Positions 24,505 to 36,540 of a stretch of 64,000 nt of DNA are shown here, in pieces. The position numbers and the translations under genes are program-made. Under the pieces are notes generated by a model. The model ran no database searches. It saw nothing but the letters and a program-made list of their open reading frames with translations, and was not told where the DNA came from. The stretch lies in assembly GCA_030264375.1 (NCBI GenBank), contig JASCQW010000105.1, forward strand, positions 14,957,507 through 15,021,506, written 5' to 3'. Origin of the DNA: Carcharhinus longimanus (Eukaryota). Within the stretch, counting starts at the first letter, position 1. Every line of letters begins with the position of its first letter.

Positions 24505-26530
24505 TAGGCATCCCCTGAAGTATGTTTCCCATCATCCACTGGAATATAGCACATGCCAAAGAGATCCTAAAGGGCAGACACTTATTTTCATATAAGCCCT
24601 TGTGTGTATTGATCGTAACAAACTCTCAGGATGCTTCATTTAGTTTGAGTTGAAGATGACCATGGCTCATATCAGGTTAATGAACTCCTGGCCACGAGGG
24701 AACTGGGCGTACAAGCCCTCAATTCTGGCCACTTGGTACCTGTCTAATTTAGAGACCCTCTTTACCATTATCTTAAAATCCCCACAAATACAGACTGATT
24801 TATCCGGCTTGAGGATGGGGATGATAGGTGTAGCCACTCTACAAATTGTACAGGCCTTATAATGCCTAGATTTTCAAAGCACCCAAGTTTGGCCTCCACT
24901 TTTTCTAATAGAGGGTAAGGTACAGTTTTGCTCTATAATATTTGGGTGCAACATTGGGGTTTTGCAGCTTGGGTCCTTCCTGAAAAATATCAGGATGTCT
25001 CATAATGACTTCATACATCTCTCCCTCACCTATTCAGAATACCTCCAACCTTATTTGCTAGAGCTAATCTTTCCTCATTAGGCTTGCCATTGCCTATGCA
25101 TGATGATGAGTGGGTGTGGGGCCGATTGCTGCCCACTGGTCACTGGGGTCATTGTAGCACACTTTATCCTTTGTGATTTACCTGTGTAGTTGGCCTTTTT
25201 GTGTTATCCAGAAATAGATATAATTTCCCCGATAATGGAAACTGCAACTCTTGTGTCTACCTTCATATCCAATGGGTGTCCATTTAACAGCAATCCTGCC
25301 ATTATTAGGGTGACTTTGGTTGTAATAATGCAATTGAGTTGCGTTGTGTATTGCTCTGGTTGGGATGTACCTTCATGATACTGGCCTTGGCCTCCTTCCA
25401 GAGCAGCGTGTGCTTTGTCTACTCCTGGAACTGTGCCTTGGCTGAGTCACCTGGCTATGCCTAAAACAGTCCAACTTTTGGCTCTTGTAAACTTCCAGAG
25501 CATGATCTCCATAATTGGCAATATCATTGTGTTTCTTTGATTGCCTGGTGACATGAGCTGTGCTTTGATATTGTAGTGGAAACTCTAACATCTTACCTGC
25601 ATGAGCACCCTCAGTTGAGGAATGGTTATTACTACTCATGGTTCCTTTCCCTCTCCAGAGAATATGTTTCAGATGACCCTTGTAGCTGTTAAGCTCCTTT
25701 TTTTGTACTTTGCAGCGACAAGGCTATTTCCAGATCAGGTTCTGCCAATAGTTTTTGTTTTCACTTATCAAGTTGTTTATTCCATGTATCAATCTGTCTC
25801 TCAATATTTCATTTAGAGAGGACCTGAAGTCACAATTTTCTGCCAGTTTCCACAATCTGGCCAAAAATTCAAATGCATTCCATGGTGGTTCTCTCTATTG
25901 TAATAAAGTAATATCTCTTGAATGTGATGGAGAACTTTGAGTCTAAGTGATATTTCACCGAATCTACAAGTTCATTGAAAGCCTTCAAAACAGGGGTACC
26001 AGGGCAAATCTGGCTTTTTCTTATGCTGAACATCAGGGCCCCTACATGCTGTGAGAAAATTACTTTCTTCCTTTCGTCTCCCTCAATATTATTTGCCTGG
26101 AAGAAATAACACATGAACTCTACATATTGGGCCCATTCCAGTCATAAGGTTCGAGTTTACCAAAGAAAGGCACTTTTGTTTTTGTATAACAGAGGAAATG
26201 CTGTTTTCTGCTCAATGATGATGGTTACCAGAAGTATTTGAATAGAAAACAATCTTATTCACTCTTTTCACCAATGTAATAACTTCGCCAAGGCCAGTCC
26301 TCCAGTACAACACTGCTTTATTGAAACAAAGTAAAGGCCTCATCTGCAGCTTACAACAAATCAGGGTTCTTGCTCTGGACCTACTTATCCCAGTCCAGGC
26401 AGAGAGTGAAGGTTTTAAACTCCTGCCACTTGTCTCACATTGGACAAGCACCTGCTCGCTCAATAAGGAATGCTGTATTCCGCGAAGCCCATGAGGAGAT
26501 CTATTAATGACACTTTTGGCCACTATAACA
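24505..26530 (-). mobile_element. Gypsy LTR retrotransposon remnant (5' LTR, PBS, gag, protease, RT)
   Basis: LTR-like TG...CA at 26275-26530, followed on the - strand by PBS-like TGGTGAAAAGAG. Gag: LAENCDFRSSLNEILRDRLIHGIN (~25770-25860). Protease: LNGHPLDMKVDTRVAVSII (~25230-25290). RT: PILKPDKSVCICGDFK and TINTHKGLYE..CLPF.IS.AC.IFQ..M (~24510-24830). Confidence 0.85.
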
Positions 26531-29500
26531 ACCAAATCTTCAGTATAATTGCTGGAATATTGTCAGGACATTTGCAATATCCAGTGCCTGCAGGTGTTTC
26601 TTGATATCACATGGAGTGAATTGAATTGGCCAAAAACTGACATCTGTGATGTTCGGACTGCCGGAGGAGGCCAAGATGGATCATCCACTCAGCACTCCTG
26701 ACTGAAGATTGTAGCAAATGCTTCAGCCACATCTTTTGCATTGATTTGCTGGGATTCCCCATTGAGGGTGGGGATATTTGTGGAGCCGCCTTCTCCAGCA
26801 AATTTTTTTTTTAAATGGTTAGCTACGTTTTGTGATTGGATGTCACATTTTAGTTCTGATTTATTGACATTGGGATTCCTTAGCAGTGGGGAGGTGGTGG
26901 TGTATTGTCACTGAAATAATAATCCATCTACCCAAGGTAATGTTCTGAAAACCCAGGTTTGAATCCTACCACAATCTAGCAACTCGAGACTGGGCACCCA
27001 TGAGTGCTATGAGCCAGAATTGTACAGGAGCACATTTTGTAACTCCATGCCTGGCATATTCCCCACTTGACCATTATCATCAAGCCAGACAATCAACTCT
27101 GATTCAAGGAAGAGTGCAGGAGAGCATGCCAGCAACATTCATCTATGTGAAAGCTTCTGCCTATGTTAGCATTCAAGATTAGTTTGGATAAATGAAAAGT
27201 GGATGAAGGAAAATGGATACACAGATGAAATAATTAGGACTACTTGCTTGCATAAGTAATATACGCTGACATTGACTTTTTGAGTGAATGAGCTATTTCT
27301 GTCTTATAACTTTTATACATTAGGGAAGACTGAAGTGAAGGAGAGATATGTAGACAAGGGATAAAGAAATGCAGAGTTGGAGAGTAATGGGGGCAGGGAG
27401 GAAAAATTAGAGGATGGGGAGAGAAACAGAAGAGAGAAATACAAGTGTCTGCTAAAGTAACTGTTCATACATTGAGTTGAGGACAATCTTCTGCTAGATC
27501 TTTCCTTAATACGGGTTTATTACAAGACCACAAGCACATGCTCCCGACACTGGCAAATCAGTTCTTGTATACTGGAGAATGATTCCCTCATCTTTCTCCA
27601 ATTATTAACAACTGCTCTCAATTATAAACTAAAACACTCACGTTATTGTGACAGGATTTCGAAAGTTAACCTTGTCGATGAGAAGGTGGAAAAGAGAATT
27701 GAGACAGCAGAGGGGGAGGTTGAGAAAAAAAGTAAAAGAGAGGCAAGCAAAAAAGGACAATGAAAAAGAGAGAGGAGAATGATATTTTAGGAGAAGGGAA
27801 GAGGATGGTGAATAAACAACAGAAGTAAGCGAAGGACGAAAGAGGGAGTGAGGCATGGAGGATAAGAAAAGGGTGAAGGGAACAGTAAGAATTTGTTTTT
27901 AACTAAATCCCCCAGATGACAAACAAATTAACATTTTATATTTTATAATAAATTTCAATCAAAGCCAGAGTGTGAGGAAATTAAATTGGATGCTAGTACT
28001 TGCACAATCTTGACCCCAGTAAGCAGCTACAAACTGATAAGAGGCCTGACATGAACGTCCCAGTGGACCAAAAATGGATGCAGTCGAGGGTGGAAAGTTG
28101 ATCTTTTTGGAAAGAAAATTGTTCTTCACAGTCCTAAATAAATTTTTCTAGTGATGGAGCATTGATAATGAAAACTTAAGGTAATTTTGTTTTACATTAG
28201 AATAGTGAAGGTCATAGTGGGGATGGAGGAAAACAAACCACACCACAGGTTTTCCTTAGAAAACTGAAAGCTGAAATATGTACATGAAAAGAGTTTAAGT
28301 TTTTTAAGGTATCAACTTATAGAACTCCAGTTTAAATGTATAAATAAATACCCATTAATATTTTCAAAACAAAAGCCTTGTGTTGTCATCCTTATTTTTA
28401 TCGTGACACAATGAAAACAATCATGGTCAATCTGCTATATTTGTAACATAGGTTAAAGTTATTTTGTGCTGTAGCAGCAATTCACATGTGGCAAGTGGAG
28501 TATATCTATGCATCATTGATGCTTTGTTTAGAAGATCATATTTTCTCACCCATTTGAAATGTGAACCATCTTAGATTGAATGTCACATTTTGGTGTAATT
28601 AAAGTTTTAGTGCTTGTTGTAAGTGCTAGGATTACCTTCATATATTTCTGACACAATTTTGCTGTAATGGAATTAGAAATACAGCTGGTGATAATAATGA
28701 CAATAGATAATGCACACCCTGCCATTACATTGTGCTCAAGACCAGTTATCAAATTATATGAAATTTCAAACAGACCAGTGTATCTAAAGATGCTGTAAAA
28801 CACAATTGCCCACTTCGACCAGTTAATTTCCCACCATACTTATTGGTGCAAAATTGTTTCACTTTGAAAATTAAGTGAATAAACAAGCAGGTATATATTT
28901 TCTCAACAATCAAATTGTAGGATCCTAAAATTTACAGGATCAGAATATGGTGGTATAATTTAGAATAATGGATTGAGTATTAAAGAAAGGAAAAAAATGG
29001 AGGAAGGGAAAAATTGGATTAAAAGTGAGGAAGAAGAGATAAGGATTTGTTTTTAAGAAACAAGTTTTAATTTTAATTTCAATATTCAAACAATTTAAAC
29101 CTTAAAAAGAGATTCCAAAAATGTAAACATTAATTTTCAGTTGCAGAGAGGTAATAATTAAGAATTATCACAGTATTAAAAGTGTACATGTAATGAAGTC
29201 TTGAGTTTCTGTGGCACGTTTACTTAGTATCTACAGGGCAAATTCAAGAACTTCACATTGCTCAATGCATTTTAATGGAGAGTTGGAGAATGAAATTCGT
29301 GAAGTTGAATATGGAGTGATACACCTCTGATAGCGCCTGTTTGATTTTGCATTTAATCAAGCACCTGACCTCACCAGAAGATGTTGTGGCATTTTTCTTT
29401 AAATAGAGCACTACTAACCTCGTTGTTACTTTGACGAAAGTTTTTGAACTGTTAAGTCGAGTACATACTTCTATCTGCAAACCATGCTTTGTAGAAGAAG

Positions 29501-29970
29501 TATAATTAAACTGTTGTACTATTTTTCTTCTGACTAACTCCAATTAAAATATTTTCATGAGAGCCCAAAATGGATAATGATTCAAAGACATTTAATTGAT
29601 TCAGTAGAATAATGATTTCCAAATATCTTCTGAAGTATCAATCTAGCAGAAATAGGAATATGAATTTAGTAATTACTGTTTTCACACAAAGCAATTAGTT
29701 GCATTCCACCTTTGCTGCTTAAGGTATATCTGCAGTATAGTACGAGAACAAAATCCTTAATACCAAAGTCCTTGCAAAGGTGCTGTAAACCTGGTCTCGA
29801 TGGCATATGCATCAGATCTCTGTTTCATTGGGTTGACCATGTGATTTGCAAAGAAAATTCTGTGTACAGCCAGCTGAGCAGAGGAACCTGAACCATAGGA
29901 CATTCCTATTGTAAAGATTTTTTCTGTGTCGCACTAAAGCTCAGAGGCTTGAAAGATGGAAGAGTAGCTT

Positions 29971-31182
29971 TGTTGTCAACACGTAACTATATACACATGT
30001 ATAAGCTGTAGCTCAAACATACGCATGTATTACGTATAGCCCAGACAATGAGCTAACTTCATACTTGCTTCAGCATAAGTCTCAAGACCATGTCTGCTCC
30101 ATGTCCTAACCAGACAGTTGCTTGTCATATGACTATTTACATCACACTGTAGGTGATGCTGTTTAACATTTATCCTTCCTATGCCAAAAAGCCTTATACT
30201 ACACCTTTCCTAAATCTTACCCAATATATTTACAATATGATCTCTTTTTATGTGCATCCCTTGTTCTCACCCTCCAAAGACTCTGACTTTATAAATTCAG
30301 ATGGTCTTGAGGCTTGTTGATTCTTATCTCATTCTGGTCATATCAGCAAACTTCGTTGGTTTGATGTTGAACTCATAGAGTACTCTGTTTCTGGGACTTG
30401 GTTGTCTTCACTTAATTCACTTTTTGCTCACCTTGGAATTGAACCTTTCCTTATCAACAATCTTTGTTTGGATACCATGGGCTTGTCCCATTCCTTCCAA
30501 AGGGAGAGTTCTCTCTCTTCCTTCACAATGGTCTTTTTCTGCCATGGGGTCTGCTATCATCTTTCCAGAAATTTCACTTTCAGCAATTAAACCTTTATTT
30601 CAATTTGTTTAATAATTTTAGCCAAATTAGTTCATTTTCACGTTCCAATTCTTTTTCAAGTTTGAGTCTTTTCAATCAGCTCAGCAACTACTCTGCTGAG
30701 TTCAGTTTTCTTTATTTAGAATTCCCTACAGAATTATTGTACAAATTTAACAACTTCACCTGAGCATTCAGTTTCATTTGGAATCTTTCTTCCCTTGTCA
30801 CTGACTGTTCCTTAGACTATTTTAACCCTCTTTTTAGATCCTCAAACTGTTTCTTAGAATTTTTATTGTGTGCTTTTAAAATCTGGATGTGTTCTTCCAT
30901 ACTGCGCACCTTCTTTCATGTTCTTCATGTTGGAGGTTCAAGAATTTAATCAGTTTAGATTATTAATTTGGAATTCATCCAGCTGTTCTGATCCATCAGG
31001 AATTCCTTATCCTGTTCCTGTTTCATGATACTTAACAGAGATTTCAGATAATTAGGCCATGTCTTAACCGGGCTGCTCTGTGTACAGGTGTCTTGTCATG
31101 TGACTCTTTACATCACATTGTGGGCAGTACTGTTTTCCAGTTCCACATTAACCCTTGCTATGCCAAACACCCTTATGTTCCA
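29971..31182 (-). mobile_element. Non-autonomous Gypsy-like LTR element carrying a TPR-like insert
   Basis: Direct repeats: a full LTR-like 29971-30203 (TG...CA) and a partial copy ~31055-31182 sharing cttgtcat.tgact.tttacatcaca.tgt and ctatgccaaa.a.ccttat. On the - strand a purine tract TAGGAAAGG precedes the complete LTR, and a Gypsy-integrase-like C-terminus RINKPQDHLNL* ends at 30289. No TSD was found. Confidence 0.65.
30625..31051 (-). pseudogene. Decayed, intron-less fragment homologous to the nucleoprotein TPR N-terminal coiled coil
   Basis: - strand translation across frameshifts and stops: [108 protein letters not shown]. These are collinear with TPR as recalled: [107 protein letters not shown]. 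Confidence 0.78.
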
Positions 31183-32144
31183 ACCCCTAATTTAGATACA
31201 AATATGTTTTGAATGCCAATCTCAAAACCTGAAGGTTGAACCCCCCTACAATGGGGGAAAAAAATAGCCCTGCACAGATTCAAATGGAGAAGTCTTGATG
31301 CTATGATCTCAATTGAGACTAACTTTTTTTATTTAAAAAGAAATCTGAAATTTGCTGGAAGTACAAAACCGTAACATTCCCCAGTTTCAAAGCAAACACG
31401 GAATACTACCTTGATTTTCTAAAACCTAGAATCAACATCAGTTAAATATTTACAGGAAAATTGCAGTCAATTATAATCTATAAATTACATGTTGAGTGGA
31501 ATATACAACTAAGATAGATCTTATAAATTGACTCNNNNNNNNNNNNNNNNNNNNNNNNNNNNNNNNNNNNNNNNNNNNNNNNNNNNNNNNNNNNNNNNNN
31601 NNNNNNNNNNNNNNNNNNNNNNNNNNNNNNNNNNGACTCCAATCAATTCAGTATATATGTCATCAATTTCAGTTGCAAAATCTTTAAAACTCTGTCTCCA
31701 TCACAAAGATTTTCAACTCGTTAAGGATTTTATCTGATTTTTTTAACCAACAGCAGTGCATGACCAAACAGAATTCCACTTCATTGTCTTCACCAAAAGT
31801 GGATCAACTTTGCAGAATCTGCTCAACTCTGCCTATGGTAGTTTGAATGGCATTGCTGCATTCGTGGTATCTTCAAACAATAAAAACATTTGCAGCAACT
31901 AAATCTTTGCTTATTCTCAGTTTCAGAATCTAGCCTCTCTTCTTCAGCCTGCCTGTACTATTCCATTGCACATAGCATCTACCACTGAGTCTGTGCTCTG
32001 TGTTCTTTTATATGATTTCCATTAAGTTCACTCTCCCCCACGTTCTGGTATACAATCTTACTACCCTGAGAAACTGCGTCAGAGTCTTTTCTCAGTTTTC
32101 CTGTCTTAACATGATTTAAAAAGAGACTTAATCTCTAAAACAAT

Positions 32145-32656
32145 GGGCAGGATTTTCCATGTCTTTCTCCCATCACCCCCCCCCAAATTTCCTGTTTTGT
32201 GGAGGCAGTCATTCTTGGTCACATGTGATTGTCAATGTGATTTTCCGTTGTTTGTACCCCCTCATTGCTGGGGAATTCATGGCAGGTGTTCGGTGTTTCC
32301 TCAGAAGGAATTCTTCAAAAATGCAACTAATGAAATACAACAAAACTTACTCCATCTTATAAATCAAAGAAAGGGCTTAATAAAAGAAATCATTACTCCA
32401 AACTTGGGGCTTCGCCCTGTGCCAGTCCAAGCTCTGTACAATTCTACGTAATTCCTTATTTATATGAATCAGCTGGTCAGCTGACTATTACATCACCCTG
32501 TAATTGACTCCATGGTTTACTGGGTCAACTGACCCTTACATCTCGTTCCCATTGGTCATGTTGCATTCAATACAAAGATGTCACCGGCTATATTCTAACA
32601 TTCGCCGTTGATGGGACTGAAATGCCCGCCAGTAGGGTTGGCTGGAAAATTCTGAC
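32145..32656. mobile_element. MITE-like non-autonomous DNA element (Harbinger-like TIRs)
   Basis: Terminal inverted repeats GGGCAGGATTTTCC / GGAAAATTCTGAC. A similar short TIR element occurs at ~11467-11623 (gcaagattctcc...agaaaatcccagc). Confidence 0.45.
32294..32600. mobile_element. Solo LTR-like insertion inside a MITE
   Basis: Begins TGTTT and ends TAACA; flanked by TTCGG (32289-32293) and TTCGC (32601-32605), a near-perfect 5-bp TSD. Confidence 0.55.
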
Positions 32657-33758
32657 TGATAAGCCGTTAGCTTACAATGGATGGACACAATGAGAAATGA
32701 TTACAAATCCTGAAAGCACTGAATGATGTTCTTCCAACAAACAGTATGACAAGGTTATAGTTTTTTAAAGAGTGTACTTTAAAATACAATTTTTTTATGA
32801 TCCAGCTTTAAAGAATTCTGAATATCATCTTCAACTTCCTTCAGATTTTTCCATGTTAAATGGGGCCACCAGATTGCTAATTGATCATCTTGATGTCAAC
32901 CATCATTTTTTTGGATTTGGAAGGTGGTTTTATAGCCAGATGCTGCATCCCATTCATCCAGGGATGGGAACCAGAGCAGGCTGACCAGAAGTGTCTCCCC
33001 TTACCACCTGACATAAGTATGTTGGAATGATTTACAGGTTCACAATCCATGTTTTGGCTTTACAATATTATGTATATATTACACAAATATTAAAATATTG
33101 CCATTTCTATTATATTTTAACTGTATATTTAATGCAGTGCATGCAATGTATTTATCATTTATTTTCTTTGAATTAAACATGGCAACTTGCATCATACTTT
33201 CATGCCTTTTTTGTGCTGACTAAAGTGAAAGATATTAATGCTAGGGACTAGAAAAATTCATATTTAGTCACTTGGTGCCAACTGCAAGGACATTTAGATG
33301 TAGACTTCCACCTGCACTCTACCCCAGTGACATGTTTGTGCCTTACCCAATCATTATCATGGCAAGAGTACCAGATTCAAGATTATAATTCAGGTTTCAC
33401 AGATGTATCTTATATATTACCTTTACAATTGACAGCGATTTTCAGTCTCTTAATCTGGGCTAGGATTGAACCCTTGTCCCGAAGTTGAAAGGCTGATTTT
33501 TTTTGTTTGCACTGTACTTAATATAAGAGTTTTTATATGCAGAATTTATGAGTATGTTTAACGTTAACTTTGGTACTTATCCTAAATTAGATACGAATGA
33601 CGGAACTCGGAATGATCTGAAAATTCATCCAACAACTCAAGTTCTAATTGGGAAAAAAAAATTTTTTTATCATCAATTTAAGTGATTAACTGGTTTAAAT
33701 AAACATTGCTTCAAAGCTGACTGTTTATATAATATTTGTGTGAACAGTTACAAGCAGA

Positions 33759-33778
33759 TTCCTTGACACTTTCATCAG
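33759..33778 (+). promoter_or_regulatory. U12-type (minor spliceosome) branch site and 3' splice site
   Basis: TTCCTTGAC at 33759-33767 matches the U12 branch consensus TTCCTTRAC. The branch A lies ~12 nt before the AG at 33777-33778 and there is no long polypyrimidine tract. The matching 5' donor was not found in the window. Confidence 0.75.
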
Positions 33779-33860
33779 ATTAGGTCGTCCTGGTGTTGAT
33801 TGCTATTGTCAACATGATAGTGGGGCAGCTGTATTGCAGCTTCAGTTCCTGATCAATGAG
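33779..33860 (+). CDS. STXBP5L: Internal coding exon (82 nt) of tomosyn-2 / syntaxin-binding protein 5-like, N-terminal WD40 region
   Basis: The exon is bounded by ...ttcatcAG and GTaagc. After one split base it translates as LGRPGVDCYCQHDSGAAVLQLQFLINE. This matches tomosyn as I recall it, and LGRPGVDC/VLQLQ fit STXBP5L better than STXBP5 (FGRPGVEC/VIQLQ). It ends in phase 0, compatible with the next exon. Confidence 0.93.
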
Positions 33861-35429
33861 GTAAGCTAATAAAACTCAATTGTCTGATTTCTGATTAACA
33901 CAGAGATTAATTGCCAATAATATGCAGTTAAAAGATATTGCATAATTAATATCAGATCATTTACGTGTAAAAGTGATGGCTTGAATATTCTGGCCTTGAT
34001 GATAGAGTTGCAGTAGGATGGAAGATTCTCCTGTTTTAGGGATGTGTCCCTGACCTCTGGGCAGATTTGCAAAATCAACTTATTTAAATAATTTTAGCAA
34101 ACTCCTTGACTGCCACCACCTCACACTCTCTTTCCAGAATCTCTCTAGATAATGGTTTTGGCCGGCCTTGGTCAGCAGTTNNNNNNNNNNNNNNNNNNNN
34201 NNNNNNNNNNNNNNNNNNNNNNNNNNNNNNNNNNNNNNNNNNNNNNNNNNNNNNNNNNNNNNNNNNNNNNNNNNNNNNNNNNNNNNNNNNNNNNNNNNNN
34301 NNNNNNNNNNNNNNNNNNNNNNNNNNNNNNNNNNNNNNNNNNNNNNNNNNNNNNNNNNNNNNNNNNNNNNNNNNNNNNNNNNNNNNNNNNNNNNNNNNNN
34401 NNNNNNNNNNNNNNNNNNNNNNNNNNNNNNNNNNNNNNNNNNNNNNNNNNNNNNNNNNNNNNNNNNNNNNNNNNNNNNNNNNNNNNNNNNNNNNNNNNNN
34501 NNNNNNNNNNNNNNNNNNNNNNNNNNNNNNNNNNNNNNNNNNNNNNNNNNNNNNNNNNNNNNNNNNNNNNNNNNNNNNNNNNNNNNNNNNNNNNNNNNNN
34601 NNNNNNNNNNNNNNNNNNNNNNNNNNNNNNNNNNNNNNNNNNNNNNNNNNNNNNNNNNNNNNATAAATTTCTGCTGAGCACCAAGAAAGATCTCCTTAAA
34701 AATCCTCCACTGCTCCTAATTCACTAGATATACAGCTTGCTTTCAGTTTAGGATTTTTGTTTTGGTGATAAAGATTATTAACTTGTCTAAGTATTAAATT
34801 TACAGTCCATATCCCCACCAACTGATATGTACACAGCATGCTTTTTGTCAGTGACTTTCTTTTTGCCCTCCTTTTCTATGCATCTTTTTATGTGTTCTCC
34901 TCAAAGATCTTCAACTTTACAAAGCCTTTTTTTAAAGCAGAGAACTCTACATTACAAAGTCCTTAGTGGAGATCATTAACTGGAAGTTCTATTATTGTTA
35001 TGAGTTACTGCAGTGGAATGCAGGTCACCATTCTTATTGTATTTGCATGTAATTTCAAATGGAACGGACAGAACCTTTCACTTAAATCCCTGTTAGTTAA
35101 ATCCCTGATCAAATCACTGATAATTGACAATTATTTCATCAAAATGTGATAAGCTTTCATCTGTAAAACCAAAGCTGTCACTACTTGAGCAATCTGTTGA
35201 GAAATGATTGTACAAATACTTTAAAAAAAGCTCAGTTAGTCATGGCCTAAGTAAATATGTTCTAATCATATTCCCGTTTATTTTTGCTTCAACTGTGCAT
35301 GTTTTGGTGAATGTGGTCACAGTAGGCAATTTTAATGGTATGAAAAATTGCAACATGCAATATAATTTTCTGGCACATGGCCCATTAAAGCGAACAATTA
35401 GTCAAAACAAATGAGGCATCAACCAGCAG

Positions 35430-36003
35430 TAATTTCACAGCTGGAGAAGCAGAGAAGCATACTGCTGTGGCCTATGTAGGAACCAACGTAGCAGGGAGAA
35501 CTGGCAATGAGGTCCTGCAGAGAGGTTTGAGGAGCGAGGGTACAAATTAAAAAGCAGAGCCTTAAAGATAATAATCTCCAGATTACTACCAGACTACAGT
35601 GCATGTTGGCAGAGGAAGAAACAGGTTAGAGGTTTAAATGTGTAGGTGAAAGAGTGATATGGGAAGCAGGGGTTTCAATATAGGGCACTGGCACTGGAAA
35701 AGGGCAATGTGGTCAATTGAGACAGGACCAATGATCTGGCAAATTGAGTAACTAGCATGGACATTAGGGCTTTAAACTCGTAATGGGTAGGAGGTGCTCA
35801 CTAAGGATAAAAATATAAACCTGAAGAGAAAAGGTAAGTCTGTAGAACTAGATTCTGACAGAGTTCAGAGATATTAATAGGATATTAGTGACTAAGTTAA
35901 AGTTAAATATTCTACATGTGAATGCAGGAAGCATTTGTAACAAGGTAGATGAATTAGTGTCACAAATAGAGGTAAAGGGGCATGATCCATTAGCCATTGC
36001 TGG
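35430..36003 (+). mobile_element. CR1 ORF1 (SGNH-esterase-like) / ORF2 start fragment
   Basis: VAYVGTN, KIIISRLLP and LHVNAGSICNKVDEL..IE motifs typical of the CR1 ORF1-ORF2 junction. Confidence 0.6.
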
Positions 36004-36186
36004 GACAGAGGGTTGGATTTTATGATTTTATGGAGCATCGTTGTCCCTGTACAACCCTTCCCCTAATGGCTATTGCCAGTACTGCACTTGGGAATTGAGG
36101 AGACAAGCTCAAGTGGTGCCAAGTTGGCAGGTCCTCATGGGGGTGGGATAGATATTGGGCCTTGAGGTGGCATGGGGATGAGGCAT

Positions 36187-36540
36187 GGGAGGTGTTGGCC
36201 CGGTGGTATTGTCACTGGACTAATGTTCCAAACCTGAATTCAAATTCCACCACGGCAGATGGTGAAATTTGAATCTGGTAATATCTGGAATCAAAAGTCT
36301 AATGACGCCCATGAAGCCATTATTAATTAATGTAAAAACCCATCTAGTTCACTAATGTCATTTAGGAAAGGAAAGCTGTTGTCCTTACCTGGTTTGGCCT
36401 ATATGTGACTCCAGACCTAAGCACTGTAGTTGACTCTTAGTATGCCCCTGAAATTGTTTAACACTCAGTTAAAAGACAATTAGGGATGGGCAATAAATGT
36501 TGGCCTAGCGAGCGATGCTCACATCTTGAGAATAAATTTT
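36187..36540 (+). mobile_element. tRNA-derived SINE with a Meta-domain-like core (MetaSINE-type) and a LINE-derived tail
   Basis: The head is ggaggtgttggcccggtggtattgtcactggacta. The core gttcactaatgtcatttaggaaaggaaagctgttgtccttacctggtttggcctatatgtgactccag resembles the Meta domain as I recall it. The tail tagggatgggcaataaatgttggcc is shared with the LINE end at ~58675-58740. Confidence 0.65.

Noticed and set aside
34106-34727. Long ORFs of 170-190 aa in the ORF track (also 36780-37449 and other X-containing ORFs)
   Set aside because: They are artefacts of reading through N-gaps.
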